Below, in pieces: positions 56,761 through 64,000 of a stretch of DNA of 64,000 nt. Positions within the stretch are counted from its first letter, which is position 1; every line of letters begins with the position of its first letter. Under the pieces are notes generated by a model. The model was given only the letters and a program-made list of their open reading frames with translations, was not told the DNA's origin and ran no database searches. This DNA comes from Yuukianura sp. NJ FZ-2021 (Eukaryota), in NCBI GenBank assembly GCA_046563655.1, contig CM102288.1, forward strand, positions 1,426,001 through 1,490,000. The letters are read 5' to 3'. The position numbers and the translations under genes were made by a program.

Positions 56761-59527
56761 TAGACAGTGAAAAGAGGAGGTGGGATCGATGGGGTTTGCA
56801 ACATTGATGAATATATGATTGGATTTCTGGACGACTGTGGGACACTCAGGACAAGAAGTGGACGAGGACATTGGAGAAAGTTTAACCTAACCAAAAAATA
56901 CCCCAAGTAAAAACTGACAGTTTCACTGGAATCCCAACAAAAAACGCAAGTCACCCATCGACTTTCTCTCTTATTGTCTTTTGTTCGCTTGTCACAACAC
57001 AGCCAAGGTGGATGGATCATCGGCAGTTTCGTGACATGGTAAGGTCAGACATTCAAAATTTCAAAAAACAACTTCTTTAAAAAAACGCGTTTTTTTTTTA
57101 AAATCTGGTGAAAGTTTAGTCGGAAAAGTAGGCTTAGTGGCTCCACTTTATAAATAATTCTGAGGCTCACTTTGTGTGAGAGTGACAGAAGGGCGTCAAG
57201 GGGCCTGAGAGCAGTGATCACTGTCACTGTCCTTGTCAACTTTGTGTGTACTCACATAAAGCCTAACCTGAAACCATCAGCATCCCAGATTAGGTTAGGT
57301 TTTTCAGAAAATATGTTAGGTTAACGTTAGGCTAGGCGAGGTTAGCCTAACTTTTCTTTGTTCAAGAGGCCGTAAGGAAAGGAATTAGAATTCCAAGTGG
57401 GAGTTCACAACTTTCACCAAAACTTTCATTTATCCATGGAAAGTGAGTTGTTAAATCTCTGCAGGAAAATAAGACAAGACTTTTAGAGAGAATAGACATG
57501 AAAGAACATAATTTTGCAATTTGAATTCAAAATTTCTAGAAAAAAACTGTTTTAAAAAGGGATTCGTCATCGTCACATTTAAAATCCAATTTTCAACCTG
57601 TCTCTCAAAAGTAGACTTACATTTGCATCACTTTCTTAAAAATGAAACATTCTTCCATTTTGCTTTAAGTTTCAATTTCAGTGAATTTGGAAGCATTGGA
57701 GACCTCAGTTCTCAAGAAATTTAAGTTGTTTGCTTTTACAAGTTCCAACACTTTTTCTGAACTTCATTTTTTTAAAAAGTGTTTTAAAATTTAAAGTTTC
57801 TAGAAAGTTTTGTGGAAAAAAGTGTGAGATGGGGGATGGAGAAAGTTCTTGTATTCACACTCGCTTTCTCCACCCTCCAAATCACCACTTTCTCCAAAAA
57901 CTCCTTCCATTCCTCCCAACTAACAAAGAACTTCCATTACAATTCAAAAATTTCCAATAAAATTTCGAAATTGAGCAATCCAAAATGTATTTTTCTTTCT
58001 CCCATTCACATTCCAAATTCAAACCCACCGACTTTCTCTTTAATAAATCAAACAAAATGAAGGTGTACGGCAGAAAATCCAAGAAAATCGCTTGATTTAA
58101 TTGAGTCTTCTCGATTCCTCTCGATTCTAGATTTTCCATCCATCTAACAAACCCAATTCCTTTTCGAACCTCTTTATCAGATTTGTGCTTTCTTAAGCAC
58201 AAGACCAAAAGCCTAAGCTATTTACTCGATTGAACACTTTCGCTTTTCTAACTTAACCTCGCTCAATCTAATCTAACCTTAACAATCTTCTAAAACCTAT
58301 GCGTCTTAAACTGTCAATTATGAATGTTAGGTAAAGTAAGCAGAACTAAGAAAAACCTTCAGAACTTTTACTTTCTCTTTCTCTCTTTTTCTACAAAGTG
58401 GGAAACCTTTGTTAAATTTTGGCCAATTGAAAAGAAAAAAGTTAGGAAAGGCCCCTAACCTAACCTCTGAGAGAGTCAACGGTGTATCCTAGTTTAGTTC
58501 CAGCATGTAATTGGAGAGAAGACTGACAATTGGGCAAGGATCGACTCAATTATTCAGTTGAATCCATTGTCAAATTCATTTGGCATTTAGGAAGAAGCCA
58601 ATAGGTCGAAATGAGGCATTGTGGCTCCGGCCAAATGGAAAATTTCTGTTTTTCAGCAACGTTTCCAACAACTAACAAAAAAATGTACAATGTGTTCCAA
58701 AAGTTCCTTTCTGTTAGAACTTTCTAAACCGAAAAAGGCTATCCAAAGTGACAAACAAAACCTAAAATATGTCCAGCTTCTAAAAACAAAATGAAAAAAA
58801 GTAGTAATCGTAGTTCCATTAGGAGAAAGTAGAAAGTTGATAGGGAGAATGTTAGTTTTGAAGAGCCGTCAAATCAATATTATCATACACCTTACTCATC
58901 AACACTATAAACATCAGGACTACTAGTGGAGGATTTGATTGATTAATTTACTAACTAAATAAAAATGGAAATGTAAGCTTCTGCTTAGTGCTTTGGACAT
59001 TGCACGGGTTCCATCGATTCTTTTTAGTTAAACAAGGACACATAATTTTCTATTTTCAGGAAAAAACAACCTATAAGTGCTTAAGTGTGTTTCAAAACAG
59101 CCAATTATTCATATCAAAAAAGCAAAGCTTTGGCCTTAGCAAAGGTCAAACGATTCTAAATTTCAGCTGCAAATGACCTCTTTAGGAAATCAGAAATTGA
59201 CCAATGACATTGGCTTTCATTTTTGAAAATTTCAGGAGTGAAAATTTATGACGTGACATGGAAGCCACAGTGTCAAAAGGTCACAGAAACCGTCCCACTT
59301 AGGAAAACAGTTTTTAAATTAAAACGAAAACGTTTTGAAAACGACGACGTTTCTCCGTGGGAGTTATGACCAACATGAAGCGGGAACATGACACTAACCA
59401 AACGTCAATTAATAGTTTTAACGTGTTTAACTTACGGAACGAAATTAGTAGATCGTCACTGCATCGTCACTGATTAACTTCTTTGTTCTTGTGCTGTCCA
59501 TACTGATTGTTGATTGGTTGATGGGAA

Positions 59528-61172
59528 ATGTGGGTTTTGGCGGCCATTTTCCTGTCCGTCCTCCAAGCGGCGGCTTCACCCGAGGGTATTTTTCCTGAAA
59601 ATAGTGCAAAAAATAATTAGATTAATGAAATTGTACTAATTTTTAATAAAACTGTATTAGGAACTACTGGACAAACAACTACTATACTCCTACCGATACC
59701 CACCAAATCCTCTGACCACTACTCTCAAAACTTAACAGTAGTGGAAATGACCCCTAGGTAAGGAAAAAGTAACAATTCGCGGGAATTTTTTAAAATTCAA
59801 AAGCAACGTAATGTTTGACCTTTGACATTCCCCCACAAGGTCAATTAGCCTCAGATGGAGTTGTCGGAACCACCACCACGATAAGTACGAAATGACGCTC
59901 AAACCTCTCAAAGCAACGTAAGAACATACAAAACCTTCGTTTGAAACTAATTAAAAGCGATTTTCAATCTATGACCTTTGACCTTGTCCATTTCATAGGT
60001 ACAGGGTTATTGAAACTATTCCGCGGTAAGGTTCCATTTTGAAAAAAAACGTTTCAGTTACGTAAATAAGCGTTTAAGGTCTCATGATTCGTCAATTTCA
60101 GGAATAGTTGTCACCAAACAATAGAAAATCTACTTCCGGACACGGACTACCAAATATTCATAACACTCTTCACTCGTAACATTAGAAAGCGGTCCAACAT
60201 TTTGATAGTAAAAACTCCCAGTAAGTTGACCTCTGACCTTGACCAAATTGAGAAACAGCGGATTAACTAATACATAGATGAGAGTTTAAAATATGTGGCT
60301 TTTTATAGTGGAGGAACCTGAAGTAGAGCTGGAAGAAGTGATGCAAGACGAGCCCTCAAGGGAGCTCAAGATGCCGCAAGTCAAGTTTGTCGAACTAAGT
60401 TTAGTAGGCCTCGCTCTCGCCCTTTGGATTGTTGCCATTGGTAAGATTTGCGTTATTGAATTTAGATGACCTTGACCTTTGACCTCAACTAGTATTCTCT
60501 AGCTCTGTTTTTTCATCGTTGGGGTAAAATCCGTATGCTGCTTCCCTATCAACCGGACTTCAAGGAGAAACCGGCTGGTTCCAGTTGTACAAGTTTCATT
60601 AATCCTCATCTCCAGGTTAAGCAAAACTAGAATCAGCGATTATATTCCAGCCTTTTCGTTGTGATTTCGACTTCTTTGACCTCGATTTTGCTTACAACTT
60701 CTTTGACGTTGATTTTTTGGTTTCAGTTTGCCCATTCAAGGATTCCGCATGAATACCACGGTCAAATTGCCGGTGGTATTTGTTCGATGGGAGCAATGGG
60801 AATGGGACTTGTATCCTCCGTGGCAGTACCTCCAACACCAGTAGCAGTTCCAGCACCAGTACCAGTGACAGACTCCGGCTGTAGTCCCATGAGACCACGT
60901 CTCAATTCATTCATACCAAAAACTACCACGACGGTAAGGAAATTATAAGAAATGAAAGTGTCAGAAGTATTCAATAGAATGGCCACTTACGGAAGGATCA
61001 AAGGTCTGGAAATCGCTTTCACTTTTGTTCTTTTTCATCCTCGTAGATGGAATCATCCAACAAAGTCCCAATGGAACTCCGGATTTACCGGAAGACCAAG
61101 AGTGCCGAATGCCTCAGTCCTACCACCTCCAACTTTCATCCCGACGATGATATTCAATTCATCGACTTTTGA
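59528..61172 (+). CDS. FNDC4/FNDC5 (irisin precursor)-like type I membrane protein with one FN3 domain, ~318 aa
   Basis: Exons 59528-59585, 59661-59757, 59840-59917, 59999-60025, 60102-60220, 60309-60440, 60503-60615, 60727-60933, 61047-61172 join in frame (957 nt). Signal peptide MWVLAAIFLSVLQAAAS; FN3 pattern (NLTVVEMTPRSISLRW...IENLLPDTDYQIFIT); TM/juxtamembrane VELSLVGLALALWIVAIALFFHRWGKIRMLLPYQP resembles the FNDC5 E-x(9-10)-W-x3-IALF TM pattern as I recall it. Confidence 0.8.
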
Positions 61173-62655
61173 GTCCACTTCAGCGGGGTCGACCAAAGTA
61201 CTAGAGAAAACGATCAAAAGAGAAAGAATCGAAAATCAATATCATCTCCAATATTATTCAATAACGTTGAAAACCAAAAGTAGCCTGATGAATAACACAT
61301 AAATATTATGTATAATGCATAATACATTGTACAACACTTTTCGAATAAAATTAGAAGAGACAGGATTCAATCATGGACGGTTTCGGTCCTCCAATTTACT
61401 TACCCCGGAATCGGTCCTACACCAAAAAACAAGCAGTTGCACGACTACTATGCAAAACCGTACTTTGAAATTGATTAATTTGACAATTGGCATTGGCCCT
61501 GGTCAACATTTTAAAACCGTACTTTAAAAACGGTCAGAAATGCATTAACAAAGTAAGTTTACGTTAGCTATATTAGCCTACATTTACAGTCTTACGTGAC
61601 AAATTATCGGTGAAATCTTTCTGTTCAATCAGGCTTCTATAAAAATGAACGGTATTCGTATTCATGTCAAAGGCAGTCTGTGACGTATGCAGTTAATTGG
61701 AATGATCGTTTTCAATGAAGAAGAGTACAAAAGAATCTTCCCCTAAAGTTAACTAACAATTCCATTAACATTTTCAGTCCATCTTTCTTCTGTAGCAGAA
61801 GTTGTTTTGAATCTGATGACTGACACAAAAGGTTTATGAACATCCTCCACTTCGATTACTTCCGCCACTTGCTCCAAATCCCAAACCAGAATCCGCTATC
61901 TGTAATCATAAAAAAAATTAAATTAACAATCAATTCAATTAATCGCAATTATAAAACCATTCACAAACTCATAGCGTGTAACCAATTTAAAAGCCCTAAA
62001 GTTATTTGGGAGATCACGTTAGCTGTTAGCACCACTTCCCGCTCTCTATTGTGAAGAGCTTACAAATTCAAATCTACAAACTCAAAACAAAATACCAAAG
62101 GGGAGAATAGGGAAGAGAGAAGAGGGACATTGGCAGGGGACGGATGGATATTTCTTCAAGCAACTAACACGAGTTACTACAAAGAGGTATAAAGTACTAA
62201 CCACAAATTCCTAACACAGGTAATTTAATCGTTTCAATTCGAGAAAACCAGAATTAATCAATCTGCAGCAGCTTTTTGTACCGTATGTTCTTTTGATTTT
62301 AGGTTAACTGCACAGACACAGGGAAAACAGCGACGACAACGAACAGCTGATTTGAAGCTAACAAGATAGTGGATGCACTTGAGCTAATCACAAGTTGAAG
62401 ATGCGTTCTGTCAACCAATTGTGAACCATTCCATTACCTACGGTGCTTTAAGCTGTCCAGTTCGTAGCGAGAGCATTTTAAGGTATGTGCATACATGATT
62501 TTGGTTAACTAATTCTATGCCCAAGCGAAGGTGCAACTGAATAATGTTTACGCTGTTTCAATTTCAGACCTGCAAAAATTCAAAAGTTAAGACATTTCTG
62601 AAGAATCTATCACAAACAAGAGAGGACTACTTAACAAATCCGGAAGTAAAGGAGA

Positions 62656-63548
62656 ATGGATCCGAATTGGGGCCAAGGCGGTGGACCAGGACCAGGACCA
62701 GTAAGGTCCGCAGGATTCTGGAACACAAGGACCACAATTCACCAAGGCCCTTACCGCCATAGAGGTCGTGGCAGTAGTGGTTGGTATAGAACAAGGAATC
62801 CAAACGACAACTACTACCCACCAAGAACAGGAAATTGGAACAATCAGCGCCCTAATCAACCATACTACCGGACTCCAAATCCATATCGACCCGGCGGATT
62901 TCGGGGAAGGCCGCAGTTCTACTCTACTCCATACGTAAGGTTATCCTCTGTCGGAAATAACCTGCTAAACCCATAACGATAATCGCTAAAATTCTAACGA
63001 TGACCAATGTTTGACATTAAACTTCCTACTCTACGAACCCAATACTTCTAAAACTACACGCAACCAGTTATGACGAAAGTGTAACGTTATCAATCCTTCT
63101 GCAAAAACTAAACTAAAACTGAGTTTCTTTCTAATTTTAGGTACACCCTCCACGTCATATGCTCAAGCTCAACCAAACCAATATCGACAACTGGATAAGT
63201 CCTAAGATGTGGGAAGATCCTTGGGCAGACCTAATGCAACGGTTCGACCCTCCAAAACCAATACCGGATCCAACATCGGTATCCTCACCTCCGACTCCTT
63301 CAAGTTCAAAAGATGCTACTAATCTAAGCCATGATCCTGTTCAAACGTCTAACTCTCTAACTAGTACTGTACTCAATTTACAACCAAGTGATGATGAACC
63401 TGCTAAACTTCAAGAGTCAAAGGAAGAATCAAAAGTTCAAAATAACTCACCAGCTACAGAAGAACTGCAAGACTCAAGCATCGGACCACCGCCGGCCAAA
63501 CGACCTCACATCGTAACTTACGAAACTTTAGAAACATTTCCAGAATAA
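62656..63548 (+). CDS. MPLKIP/TTDN1-like protein (Gly/Pro/Arg/Tyr-rich N-terminus plus EDPW motif)
   Basis: Exons 62656-62934 and 63141-63548 (phase 0). Motif IDNWISPKMWEDPWADL resembles the conserved Y-x2-P-x-M-x-EDPW-x2-L core of MPLKIP. Gene model is solid; family call is tentative. Confidence 0.6.
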
Positions 63549-64000
63549 ATCTAAAATTCCGATTCCAGCAGGTTTTGTGTCACCGTACGTTGGATTCCTA
63601 CAGACAAGAAACAACTCACACATGATTAGTTAATCTCTGGGCAAATTCAACTCTTTATGCAACTAACTATAACTACTCCGACCGCAACCAGACTAATACC
63701 CTAATGTTATTAAACCTAACCTTATTTCCTATCCTTCATGTCCGTTTTTACGTCCAAAACGTTTTACGTGGTCACCTAAATTGTAAAATTGGATGGGGAG
63801 CAGCACTTCCGTGGACATCCGACTCCTGTTTTTCATAAGTTCTACTACGACCATCCTACTTTTTAGTATCTGTTTGGTTACAGTTCTTTACCACGATTGA
63901 TTACCACTGAATTACTGTTTAATTAAAATATCGAGCGTAACACTCCAGAGACAAAAAGAAAATCAATCACCCTTTCCTATAATCCTCTCCCAGCAACCTC

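Noticed and set aside
61700..62220. Small minus-strand protein gene
   Set aside because: No consistent spliced ORF could be built; kept only as possible non-coding exons.

Overview
Gene-dense, AT-rich animal genomic DNA with short (mostly 60-90 nt) GT-AG introns. The proteins look arthropod-like; a springtail/pancrustacean source is a guess, not shown. No prokaryotic features. Gene models were built by hand by following splice sites and reading frame. In order: p38 MAPK (+, with a 10-nt microexon); LRRFIP (+, three alternative first exons and a GC-AG intron); alanine-glyoxylate/serine-pyruvate aminotransferase (+); chordin/sog (+, MITEs in its introns); two tandem neprilysin-like M13 genes lacking the zinc/catalytic motifs (-); CISD3 (+); PIP4K (-); PSME3 (+); an integrin alpha subunit (-); an FNDC4/FNDC5 (irisin precursor)-like gene largely invisible in the ORF track (+); and an MPLKIP/TTDN1-like gene (+). 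Most notable: the divergent integrin-alpha / FNDC5-like pair (candidate receptor-ligand linkage), the pseudopeptidase tandem pair with long cytosolic tails, at least 15 exact GGTCAAAGGTCA (DR1) motifs concentrated in short introns, and a hAT-type MITE nested inside a TA-flanked MITE.
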